From NCBI GenBank assembly GCA_051294375.1, contig CM119264.1:5189655-5236204 (forward strand): 46,550 nucleotides of DNA. Direction: 5' to 3'. Below are positions 14,523 through 25,847 of the stretch, one piece after another. Made by a program: the position numbers and the translations under genes. Every line of letters begins with the position of its first letter. Positions within the stretch are counted from its first letter, which is position 1. The stretch is from Paraspadella gotoi. Lineage: Eukaryota > Animalia > Chaetognatha. Under the pieces are notes generated by a model that was given only the letters and a program-made list of their open reading frames with translations, was not told where the DNA came from and did no database searches.

Positions 14523-15483
14523 CTCAGCATCTCGCTAGAATTAAAACTGCCTTTTCCGAGTCCAATACCTTAAAGCCTCAGGTTGCCATATAATAACCAT
14601 TTATTTGTGATTATATCTCTGTCATTGATACCATTTATGATGAACATGTCACCTAAAGGAAAACGGAGCCAATAGACGGTGAAAACGCTTCCAATATCAG
14701 CAACGGGTCCTTGCAAGCTTTTCAATTCCCATTGGTGATTTCTTTCCGTTGCTCCTACGCGGCTAAAGCCCAGCGATCTTTCCCCACAAAACCGCTGCTC
14801 TCTCCTGTCCCTACATGGTGACAATTTTAAAACCGCCGCTAAAAAAACTGCCATTCGAATTTTAAAATGTTAAATATAAATTTAAAATTAAAAACCTAAC
14901 TATTTATATATGCAAATTTCATAATAATCGACTTTGATATACCTCAGCAATGATAGCTGGAAGATATATTTGAAAATCTTCCCTGATTTTTAAACTCTCT
15001 GTTTTTAAATTCGATTTTAGATTTTCTTAATTGAACCGAGGCTGAGCAGCTTAATTTTTATATTAGAGCTTTTTTTATGTATGAAATTGGTACAACCAAT
15101 ATAAAAATTATCCATGTATATCATTCCTCTCACATCTTTAAGGACTTAATAGAGGATATTAATATTGATAATGTCTTAATAAATACTTTGTGTTTAAAAA
15201 AAATGCTAAAATGTTAAAAAAAGATTGAACATTTAAAATAATAGAAATGAGAAATAAATCCCATTTATTAAAAGCAAACTTCTCTGGCTCATTGGTCAAG
15301 GATAATATCTTAACGTGATCAAAATAAAATTTAAAAATATAAATTTTTGTAATTTTGTGTACTCAATTCAATCATTTAAGAATCAATAAAGTGACCACTG
15401 GGTTTGCAAATAGGCAAGCGTTTTTAGTAATCGGCGGTTATTTAGAATTGTCACCCATGTAATACTTCGCCCAGAGGGCCATG
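14523..15483. repeat. Direct duplicate of ~17140-17790 joined to ~18727-19065 (lacks the tandem array)
   Basis: CTCAGCATC..GAATTAAAACTG anchor at 14523/17142; TCACATCTTTAAGGACTT anchor at 15130/18742; flanked by 25-N gaps. Confidence 0.85.
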
Positions 15484-15689
15484 NNNNNNNNNNNNNNNNN
15501 NNNNNNNNAAAGAGAGAGATAAGCTGCGATCATTTATTAATTCTATCGACTAATCGGTATATACCCTTTTAAATGTATATTTTATCTGACATCAGGACTC
15601 TTAAAAACCAAAGAGGCCGTTAAATGAGACCATTAGAAATAAATTATTTTCTCTAAGGAGACCTAATCGTTAAAAAGACTAACGGTTGA

Positions 15690-16002
15690 GGAAAGTATCG
15701 GTGGGACTGAAGAGAGTAATGGTAGAGAGCGATTAAAAGGGTAAGGAAAGTAATGGATTGAGGAAAGTAAGGGGTGAGAAGTAAAGGGTAAGGAAAGTTA
15801 GGAGTGAGAGAATGAGTGAGGAAAATGGGTGAGGAATAATGATGAGGAGTAAATGAGTGAGGAATAATGGGTGAGGAATAAATGAGTGAGGAGTAATGAG
15901 TGAGGATAATGGGTGAGGAATAATGATGAGGATAATGGGTGAGAATAATGAGTGAGGAGTAATGAGTGAGCAAGATAATGGGTGAGGAAATAATGGAGTG
16001 AG
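15690..16002. repeat. Minisatellite of GAGTGAGGAATAATG-like units (also 5100-5535)
   Basis: Visible tandem repetition of G(A/G)GTGAGGA(A/G)TAATG. Confidence 0.85.
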
Positions 16003-16103
16003 GTTTCCCCGGAAAGAGGAAAAATGAGACCTTAAAGGCGCACGAGATTCTGTCCGAAATCGATTTCCGTTCATAAAGAGGCAGATCTGAGGTTTGGAGA
16101 AGC

Positions 16104-16362
16104 ATGGAGGGATGGATGGAATGGATGGATGGAAGGATGGATGGATTTGATGGAGGCAAATGGCAGAGATGAATGGATGGATAGATGGATGGATGGGTGG
16201 ATGGATGGATGGATGGATGGGATGGACGGGCAGGATGGATGTGATGGGGATGGATATTTGGATGGATAAAAATGGATGGTAAATGGATGGATGGATTGGA
16301 TAATGGAGGATGAATGGAATGGATGGATGGATGGATGGAAGAGAGAGAGAGAGAGAGAGAGA

Positions 16363-16415
<53 letters not shown>

Positions 16416-16420
16416 GAAGA
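16104..16420. repeat. Compound (GGAT)n-(GA)n microsatellite (GGAT also at 5631-5667)
   Basis: Direct reading. Confidence 0.9.
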
Positions 16421-17048
16421 GAAAGGGCGGATAAATTAATTAATATGATAGTTGGATGGATGATGGACGCGATGGATGGATTGACAAAGAACGGGTTGAC
16501 CGTCGGATGAATGAATAATGGAAGAAGAAATATGAGATCGGGAATCGAGAGGAACTGTTCGATATTTGATGATTCTCTAGAGGCTTGTTGAGATGATGGT
16601 CTCCGTTTGTTTCTCTCTCTGTCTCTCTCTCTGTCTCTCTTCTCTCATCCCTCTCTCTCTCTTCTCCTCTTTCTCTCTCTCTCCCCGCTCCTCCTCTCAC
16701 CTCTAAATCTTCCCAAGACGACAGTCTCTCTCTCTCGATCTTCTCTTCTCTCCTCCTCTCTCTTCTCCATCTCCATATTTTCTCAACTTCTCTTTCTCCT
16801 TCTTCTCCTTCTTCTCCAATTCCTGCTCTCTATTCCTCTTTTTCCATCAATTTTCCAACCTCGCTTCCTGCTGACAGGCTTTTTACAAGGCTGTTATCAA
16901 GAGCTCAATGTCGCTTTAATAAAAAAAACGGGTTTCGATTTGAAGCGCCTCCCCTCGCGGTCGGTAATAGTTTCTGGGTCGGTCGACGCGACACCATAAA
17001 AACTCCGCTAATGCTTTAATTTTGTCGCTTTTAAATTTTACTCTCCTC

Positions 17049-17092
<44 letters not shown>

Positions 17093-17095
17093 CTC

Positions 17096-17130
<35 letters not shown>

Positions 17131-17747
17131 GTTCTTTCTCTCTCAGCATCTTCGCTAAGAATTAAAACTGGCCTTTTCCGAGTCCAATACCTAATAGCCT
17201 CAGGGTTGCCATATAATAACCATTTCATTTGTGCATTATATCTCTGTCCATTGATGCCATTTATGATGAACTTATTGTCACCTGAAAGGAAAATCGGAGC
17301 CAAGATAGACGGTGAAAACGCTCCAAGTATTCGCAAGCACGGGTCCCTTGCCAAGCTCTTATCAATATCCATTGTGTGATTTCTTTCCGTTGCTCCTAAC
17401 GCGCGGCTAAAGCCCAGCGATCTTTCCCGCACAGAACCCGCTGCTCTCTTCCTGTCGCGCACATGGGGACAATTTTAAAAAACCGCCGCTAAAAAAAACA
17501 GTGCCATTCGATACGAAAAATTTTAAATGTTAAATATAAAGGTTTAGATTAATAACCGTAACTATTTAATAATATGCAAATTTCATATAACGCGAGCTTT
17601 GATATACCTCAGCAATGATACAGCTGGAAGATATTTTGAATATCTTCCCATGATTTTTAAACTCTCTGTGTTTTAAATTTCGATTTTATTTCTTTTAATT
17701 GAAAGCGAGCTGAGCAGCGTTAATTTTTTATATTAAGCTTTTTTTAT

Positions 17748-18722
17748 GTATGAAATTGGTAGCAACCATATAAAGAATTATCCATGTCATTTCAATAAAT
17801 TAAGACTACTTGCCCCTGACTTTGGACATGGCTTTTGGTGTTTGGCCTCCATCACTCTTCCAAGATAATGACATAGCAGGTCCCTGCAAGCTTTCAATCA
17901 AGCACCCTCTCACAGTCCTCGTTATTCCATCCCAGAGTAACTCTGGCTCCCTATCAAAATGAAGTGGAAAATATTTCAAAGAATGTTTCAATTGTATGTA
18001 AAAGACCCTCCCCTTAAAGTATTAGATCGGGGAATACTTATTGTACTCCGCAACTCCGCATCAAAATACAAGGAGCTGAATTTTATGAAATTGGTACATA
18101 CCAATATAAAAATTAATCCATTTCATTAATAACATAAGCTATCTGCCCTGACTTTGGACAGGCTTGGTGGTTTAAAGGGCCTCCATCATCTTACAAGATA
18201 ATGACATAGCAGGTCCCTGGCCATAGCTTTCAATCAAGGCTCTCTCACAGTCTCGGTTTATTTCAACGTCCCCAGAGTAAACCTGGCTTCCCTATTCAAT
18301 TGAAAGTGGAAAATATTTCAAAGATGTTTCAATTTGTATGAAAAGGACCACTCCCTTAAGTATAGATCGGGGAATACTTATTGACTCCGCATCTCAGCAT
18401 TCAAAATACAAGGAGCTGAATTTTAATGAAACATTGGGTAACAGACCAATATAAAAATTTAATCCATTCATTTAATAAATAAGCTATTTGCCCCCTGACT
18501 TTGGACAGGCTTTGGTGGTTTAAGGCCTCCCATCACACTTACAAGATAATGACTATAGCAGGTCCCTGCAAGCTTTCAACCATCAAGACCTTCTCTCACA
18601 TCCTCGTTTATTCACTCTTCCCAGAGTACTCTGGCCTTCGCCTATCAAGTGAAAGTGGAAAATCATTTCAAAGAATTGTTTCAATTGTACGTATGAAAAG
18701 ACCACTCCCTTAAGTATTAGAT
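17748..18722. repeat. Tandem array of three ~330-bp units; related partial copies at ~4123-4392 (two), ~15080 and inverted at ~38650-38845 and ~45865-46100
   Basis: Units begin ATGAAATTGGTA-like at ~17749, ~18085 and ~18426; they share CCCTGACTTTGGACAGGC, CAAGATAATGACATAGCAGGTCCCTG and (first two units) AAAATACAAGGAGCTG. Confidence 0.85.
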
Positions 18723-19085
18723 CGTATTATATCATTCTCTTCACATCTTTAAGGACTTTCAGAGGATATTAATATTGATAATGTCTTAATAAATACTTTG
18801 TTTAAAAAAATGCTAAAAGTTAAAAAAAATTGAATTTAAAAATATAGAAATGGAAATAAAACCCCATTTTAAAAGCAAACTTTCTCTGCTCATTGTCAAG
18901 GCATATATTAACTGATCAAAATAAAATTTAAAATATAAATAATTTTGGTATTTTGTACTCAACTAACATTTAAAATCAATAAAGTGACCACTGGTTTGCA
19001 AATAGCAGCGTTTTTATATCGGCGGTTTTAGAATTGTCACCATGTAATACTTCACCAAGCCATGATCCTTTTCCCTCTCAGCCTT

Positions 19086-19158
<73 letters not shown>

Positions 19159-19400
19159 CCCTCTAAATTCTTCCCCTGAACCGGGGGAGATTTGTCCGGC
19201 GGACGAGGAGAGACCGGAATGGCGATTTCCCATCTCGTGGAAGTAAAACGAAAGAGAGGAATAAGTTGGTTCCGAAAAAAAGGAATCATATAATAAGGGG
19301 ACATCATTACTAAGTAGTTAGTTGAGAAATAATAAAATGTCTGAGGAAAAGGAAATTTTTATGCCAAAGGGAAACAATAGGGTTGGGGAATTTCGAGTCC

Positions 19401-19505
<105 letters not shown>

Positions 19506-19654
19506 CAGCGTACGTTCCCTTTGGGGAGACTAACGCTCGGGGATTTTCCCCTGGGGACCAAAAAGGGGATAAGGGGATTCGCTTGGCCGCCCATTTCGTC
19601 GTTGTTCGGTTTTTATTCTATGCATTTAAACGGAGATTTTCGCCGTCGCGGGGA

Positions 19655-20224
19655 AGACGACGTCGACGACGACGACGACGAGGACGACGAAAAGGACGAC
19701 GACGAAGTCGACGAAGACGACGATGTAGACGAAGACGACGAAGACGACGATGAAGACGAAGACGACCTAAAAGTCGACGACGAAGATGACGACGACGATG
19801 AAGACGATGACGACGACGACGACGACGACCAAGTAACGAGGAAAACAAAGATACTGGGCGACAATGATATCGAAGTGATTAATAACAAAAATGATATAGA
19901 CGATGATGTTGAGACTGACGATGACAAAAATATTAAATATTGTGACAGTGACATCGCCAACTACAATAATAATGACAAATTGTTAGCAACCAAACATATT
20001 TTTAATGAAGTGTAGCCAGAGCAATATGTCAAATGATATAAAAATGTAACATGGTTGACAAATAAAATCATTGCCATGAGCCCATGACAATGATAGTTAT
20101 AATTGTAATGGTAAAGATGATGATGATAACGATGATGATGATTATGATTATGATGATAATGANNNNNNNNNNGATGATGATTATGAGAATGATGATATTG
20201 ATGATAATGATAATGATGATGATT

Positions 20225-20260
<36 letters not shown>
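19655..20260. repeat. Degenerate (GAC/GAA)n tract followed by (GAT)n tract
   Basis: Trinucleotide repeats giving poly-D/R/S/M pseudo-ORFs; inverted copy at ~13450-14220. Confidence 0.85.
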
Positions 20261-20262
<2 letters not shown>

Positions 20263-20340
20263 GTTATTCTTCCAAAGTCCTTGACTTTGGTTTTTTTCGT
20301 TTCTCTTTGTCTCCCGACGCCATATGAATATTTTATAGCG

Positions 20341-20557
<217 letters not shown>

Positions 20558-21033
20558 CAGACTCTCTGAGGCGCTCTCGCTTGTTTTCTATTTATCTCTC
20601 TTTCTCTCATTATTTCACTTTCTCCCTTTTGTCTTTTTGTCTCTGTCTTTCTCTTTTTCCCCTTTTATTTCACACTTTCTACCTGATTAACTGAAAATGA
20701 AATGGAAGTATTATTCTTATGAAACTGGTTCCACAAATTTAAAAAAAAATATTTATCAATAAACAAGCTACCTTGCCCCCGTGGTGGACAAAGTTGTTCA
20801 TCCCTCATATGAGAAAATTTATTTTATTAACTCTCATAGTTCATGTTAAAATGGTATTATATTGTGAAATGTTAAGTTGCATTTCGTTGAATTNNNNNNN
20901 NNNNNNNNNNNNNNNNNNNNNNNNNNNNNNNNNNNNNNNNNNNNNNNNNNNNNNNNNNNNNNNNNNNNNNNNNNNNNNNNNNNNNNNNNNNNNNNNNNNN
21001 NNNNNNNNNNNNNNNNNNNNNNNNNNNNNNNNN

Positions 21034-21067
<34 letters not shown>

Positions 21068-21690
21068 ACCACCAACCTTCGCAATAGCCCGTCATCGACC
21101 CGAGGGGTTACGCGATTTGGCGCCGAAACGTGACCCGCGGCGTCGCTGCCATCCAACGTTGCGGACGTGTCATAGCGTACGCGCCTTCAAGATTGAAGAA
21201 TCTATCTCTCTCTATTCTCTTCTCTCTTTCTTTCTCTCTTTCTTTCTTTCTTTCTTTCTCGCTGTCATAGCGTACGCGACCCATTAAATATTGAACGAAT
21301 CTATCTCTCTCTATTTCTTCTCTCTTCTCTCTCTTTCTTCTTTCTTTCTTTCTTTCTTTTTTTCACTGTCTCTGTCTCTCCTCTTCCTCTCTCTCTCTTT
21401 CTCTCTCTCGATCTCTCTCTCCTTCTCTCTCCTCTTCCTCTGCCGCTCCGGCCTCGTTCAACTCTGACCTGCGTTTGCTCTCTTCTCTCTTTCCTCATCT
21501 CTCTCGTCCATCCTACTCGTCTCTCTCAGTCTCTCTCATCTTTACTCGTTACCACGCAACACTTCGCAATAGACCCGGTCATCGACCGCAGGGCGTTACG
21601 GCGAATTTGCGCCGAAAACGCTGACCCGCGGCGTCCGCGCCATCCCACGTTGCGGACGTGTCATAGCGTACGCAGCTTCAAGATTTGAAG
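21068..21690. repeat. GC-rich ~135-bp module repeated between CT-rich spacers (21068-21200, fragment 21263-21300, 21550-21690)
   Basis: TTCGCAATAG...GTGACCCGCGGCGTC...CGTTGCGGACGTGTCATAGCGTACGC...TTCAAGATTGAAG recurs. Confidence 0.85.
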
Positions 21691-21821
21691 AATACTATCT
21701 GCTCCTCTATTCTCTTTCTCTCTTGTCTATTCTCTTTTCTTCTTTTCTTTTATTTGCTCTTCAGTTCACACTAGTCTCAATCCCTGTCTCTCTCTCGTCC
21801 CTCTCTCTCTCTCTCTTTCTC

Positions 21822-21874
<53 letters not shown>

Positions 21875-23440
21875 TCTCTCTTCTCTCTCCTTCCCGCTAT
21901 TTCTCCTAGTCGTTTCTTTCCCTTCCTTCCTTCTACTCTTCTTCTTTCTCCCTCTTCTTTTCTTTCTCCTCTCTTTCTTTACTTTCTTCTTTCTTTCTTC
22001 TTTGCTTTTCTTCTGTTATTTCGTTATGTTCTCATCGTCTGTGTCTTCTTCTCTCTCTCTGTCTCTCTCTCTTTCTCTCTCTCGTCTCTCTCTCTCCTCG
22101 TCTCTCTCTCTCTCTCTCGATCTCTCTCCTCTCTCTCTCTCTCGGTCTCTCTCTTCTTCTCTTTCCTCTCTGCCTCCCTCTCTCTCCCTCTCTCTCTCCC
22201 TCTCTCTCTATTCTCTCTGATCTTCTCTCTCTCTANNNNNNNNNNNNNNNNNNNNNNNNNTTTCTTTCTTTCTTTCTTTCTTTTTCTCTCTCTCTCCCAA
22301 ACCCAAGCACCACGGACTTATTTTTGATGTTCAAAAAATGATTCCATCTCGTCTGCGATCTCTTGAGATTCTGACATTTTGGAGACGTTTTCCAATTCGC
22401 GCGGAGTTTAAAGAACTGACTTCAGCGTCGTCGTCGTCGTCGTCGTCGTTTTCATCGATATCATTCTTCACTTCATTTTTTTTCTTTCTCCAAATTTCGC
22501 AAAATTATCGAATTTTTTTTGAAAAACAAAAACAGAAACAAAAAACAATTTTATCCATTTTAAACATGAAAAAAAATTGCTCGATTGGCTAAAAGGGCTT
22601 TGAATCCAATTATTTATTACTAATCACCGGCGGCGGCGGCAGCGGCGGCGTCGGCAGCGGCAGCGGCGGCGACATCGGCATAGGCAGCAGCTAATTGGTG
22701 TGGCCATTTCATTAAAAAAGGGAAAAAAAACAACTAAATTTCCATTTAATCTTTGTCGTTTTAGGCTTCGGTTCATCTTCAAATTAAAAAAAAAAACAAA
22801 TTCCATCTCTCTCGTTCAAATTTCATTTATTCCGCATTAAATGTTAATTTTCTTAACTTAATTCCGAATACATTTTTAATTCCACTTTTTCGATTCCTCT
22901 CTCCGATTCCACACGTCTATTTCGTTATACATTCTGGTTTGATTCTCTATATATTATACTCATACATTTTTTGCGAGGTTTTCATTATTTTCCTAATTCT
23001 ATATTTTCATCGTGATGTCACGAAACATGCGTTCGTTTTCTGATAATTGAGTGTCCTGTTCTGTCCTGTTGTGTTCTGTTCTGTCCTGTTCTGTCCTTTT
23101 GTGTTCTGTCCTGTTCTACCCCTTTGACGTCGCACGTCTATCCTTTCGGTTCCAACTCTTAATTCAAATTCAAAAACCGGAAACGTCACAACGGATACGA
23201 TTCGACGAAGATTGAAGATTGTTGTCGTCGTCGTCGTCGTCGTCGTTCACATCGTTATCGATCGTGAATGTCGAAGAACAAAAATTCTAAATAAAACTGG
23301 AATAGAAAAATATGTTTATTCGGAAATCAGTGAAGCTTAAATTTACAAACATTTGAAATTAAAAAAATTTTCGCTCATATATAGTAATAATTTCTTAAAG
23401 AAACAAAAAAACAACAACAACAACAACAACAACCCTCCCT

Positions 23441-23654
23441 TCAACCTTCAAAGTCCTCGTATCCCACAAGCATCGGCTTCAATTCTTCCAACTTCTCGTC
23501 GATTCGCTTCGCGGCGTCGGGTTCCATCTGCGACCGCCAATCGCCGACCACGCCCTTCCGAAAAAAGTCGGTCATTGGGAGGCGATCATCCGTAAGTGGC
23601 TGAGTCGCAGCCCAACCCGACATCCGGGGAAGGCTGGTCTGCTCTTCGATCAGT
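23441..23654 (-). CDS. SULT terminal exon (RKGxxGDW motif, stop codon)
   Basis: Pyrimidine tract plus CACAG acceptor. Reads (R)LIEEQTSLPRMSGWAATQPLTDDRLPMTDFFRKGVVGDWRSQMEPDAAKRIDEKLEELKPMLVGYEDFEG*; 214 nt = 1+71 codons, phase matches the upstream exon. Confidence 0.95.
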
Positions 23655-25262
23655 CTGTGTGAGGGAGGAGGAGGAGGAGGAAGAGGAGGAATAAGGGGAG
23701 GAAGTGGGCGGAATCATAATTCAGCTATTGTTTTTTAAACAATTAAATTGTTCTCTTGTATGAAATTGTTTAATTATTAAATAATTAGTTGATGAGTTTT
23801 AAGATGATTTTTAAACGAATTGGTCACTAATTGGTCACTAATTCCATTCAACCAAAAATTTAAAAATAAAACGAAAACGAAAATTAAATAATTCTAAAAT
23901 ATGAAAGTGTCAGTCACTTGTCAAAATGTCTGACCAAAAATGTCAGTGAATTTTCACAAAAAATCCAGAGATTTTCTCACCTCAAAAAGTCTTCGTTGGC
24001 GTCGACTTTTAAAAATTCCGCGATTTTTTTCAAATTCGACACAAAATCGCTTTTCAACTTTTCGAATTGAACAACGAAAACGTTTTCACGCTCGACAAAG
24101 TTTTTATAGTAGTCTCGGTAAAAGTCGAACCTAAATCGGATTAAGTTTTATTTATTATATATATGGTACATATTACAGAGAAACAACATCAACGATTACT
24201 GTGACGCTGTCATTTAGAAATTTTAACTTCAAAGTGTAAAAGTAATATTGTTATTAATATTAAAATTTCATAATTTAGAGCTGACCATGAACCGTAGCTT
24301 AAGCGCCCGTCGATCCAAGGACCGACGAAGGTAGAAAAGGGACCTGTGCAGAATACAAACATTTGTTCGTTTTTATTCATTTTCCAATTTAAATCACATC
24401 GAAGACATTTTATGACAGGAATACCTGTATATTTCGTACTATGGCTTTCCCATTTTTTCATGAAATGATAATAAGAGACAACGGTATCCTTGGGGTTCCT
24501 GCAATAAAAACCGTAGTAAAAAGGCAATGTTGGAAAGTGATTGTTTTTAAAACCCTACCTTATGAGTAGAAGTATTTTAATTTTGTCATTTTCTAATACG
24601 TCTCGAGGGAGGTGTTGATAATGAAGGTGTGTGTAAAATATTCTTGGATGCTGTTGTGAATCGATCTTTTCCTGAGTGAGCGTCCCTTCCAACAAGCCGG
24701 TGCCNNNNNNNNNNNNNNNNNNNNNNNNNNNNNNNNNNNNNNNNNNNNNNNNNNNNNNNNNNNNNNNNNNNNNNNNNNNNNNNNNNNNNNNNNNNNNNNN
24801 NNNNNNNNNNNNNNNNNNNNNNNNNNNNNNNNNNNNNNNNNNNNNNNNNNNNNNNNNNNNNNNNNNNNNNNNNNNNNNNNNNNNNNNNNNNNNNNNNNNN
24901 NNNNTTCGCTCAATTTTTCTGGTCACTTTTCGATCGCCCAATATTTTTCACGGGAATTTTGAACCGAAATACTGCGCTCGTCTCCGCGGGAGAAAAGAAA
25001 ATATCAAACAATTTTCTACAGAAAGTCTGTTGGCATTCGAAAAAGTCCAAAGGATTAACTGATTCCGGCGATAAAAGTTCAACAACAAAGGGCAAGGTTT
25101 AATCAGGAATTTAATCGGTTCAAGTGTGATAGAGAAAGAGAGAGAAAGAGCGAGAGAGAAAGAGAGAGAGTTAAGCCTTAAAAATATTTAACCGAAACAA
25201 AGCTTTTACGAAGTTATAAAAAATGATTAAACCTTGACCAGTTTATTCCAAATGAATCGATC
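23441..25262 (-). CDS. Cytosolic-type PAPS-dependent sulfotransferase (SULT / Sulfotransfer_1 family), multi-exon gene span, copy A; one exon hidden in N gap 24705-24904, 5' end uncertain
   Basis: Manually spliced exons 24559-~24704, 24425-24498, 24286-24343, 23981-24130 and 23441-23654 have GT-AG introns and consistent phases. They give ...HPRIFYTHLHYQHLP...LLIRNPKDTVVSYYHF...LSYGSWFDFY...VVQFEKLKSD...KKIAEFLK...DFFRKGVVGDW...*, i.e. the catalytic-His motif, 3'-PB motif, YGSW and RKGxxGDW of SULTs. Confidence 0.95.
23981..24130 (-). CDS. SULT internal exon
   Basis: TTTAG acceptor and AG|GTGAG donor; 150 nt; (W)FDFYRDYYKNFVERENVFVVQFEKLKSDFVSNLKKIAEFLKVDANEDFL, matching the SULT 'LFLxYEDMKxD...IAxFL' region. 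Not in the ORF track. Confidence 0.92.
24286..24343 (-). CDS. SULT internal exon (YGSW)
   Basis: CACAG acceptor and TG|GTCAG donor; 58 nt; GPFSTFVGPWIDGRLSYGS(W). Confidence 0.92.
24425..24498 (-). CDS. SULT internal exon (3'-phosphate binding motif)
   Basis: TTGCAG acceptor and AG|GTATT donor; 74 nt; (R)NPKDTVVSYYHFMKKWESHSTKYT; 60-nt upstream intron. Confidence 0.95.
24559..24704 (-). CDS. SULT internal exon (catalytic His region); first few nt lie in the N gap
   Basis: GTGLLEGTLTQEKIDSQQHPRIFYTHLHYQHLPRDVLENDKIKILLLI with AG|GTAGG donor. The acceptor (TTCTAG) is visible in the second copy near 39603. Confidence 0.92.
24905..24971 (-). CDS. Probable SULT N-terminal exon (frame broken in this copy, runs into gap)
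   Basis: CAG acceptor then YFGSKFP. The counterpart at 40251-40340 reads roughly YFGSKFPP..NWDAI.KLTRKIDERPHHQ after indel correction, with a phase-1 donor that joins the PSB exon. Confidence 0.6.
25233..25262 (-). CDS. Probable small SULT 5' exon
   Basis: TTTAG acceptor and AAG|GTTT donor; DRFIWNKLVK joins YFGSKFP in phase 0, resembling the SULT N-terminal 'LV.Y.G..FP' pattern. The counterpart at 40615-40665 is 21 nt longer. Confidence 0.5.
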
Positions 25263-25788
25263 CTAAAGCCAATAAAAGGAGGCGAAAGGTAAGGTGACAT
25301 AAGTTTTGGGTTTGGATAATAAAATAAATTGGGAAGAGGCCACCACATCATAAAAACTCGATATTCGCTTTAGGACTTTAGTTTCCAAATTGTGGCTCTT
25401 AGAGTTTTTTTCTCTCATATCATTTTTTTTTCTGTTCCCTAAAATTTGAATTACTGAAAAAGTTATACGCATTTAACTTTGTCATTCCTTCGATTTCAGA
25501 AGTTGAAATAAACAATTTTTTTTTCTTCACAAAACAAAAAGAGAATTGAGTTAAAGATCAAAGTCACCTTTCGAGAGAAACAGTCGAAAATATTCCCCGG
25601 AGATAAACCTACAGCGAGAACGACGAAAAAGATAAGGACGACGACGACGACGACAGCGACGACGACGACGACGACGACGACGCCGACGAAGATAACGACA
25701 ATGTCGACAATTTCTTCATGATCTTCGAAACGTCTCTTTTCCATAATCCATTTTCTTTTGTTCTCCTCTTCTCTCCGCAGCTACTGCA

Positions 25789-25847
<59 letters not shown>
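25789..25847. repeat. (CCG)n microsatellite upstream of the SULT gene
   Basis: Direct reading; noisy copy at 41230-41310. Confidence 0.9.

Noticed and set aside
17748-18722. CRISPR-like or other prokaryotic array (also 10415-11865)
   Set aside because: Units are far too long, there are no unique spacers or cas genes, and the context is an intron-containing eukaryotic locus.
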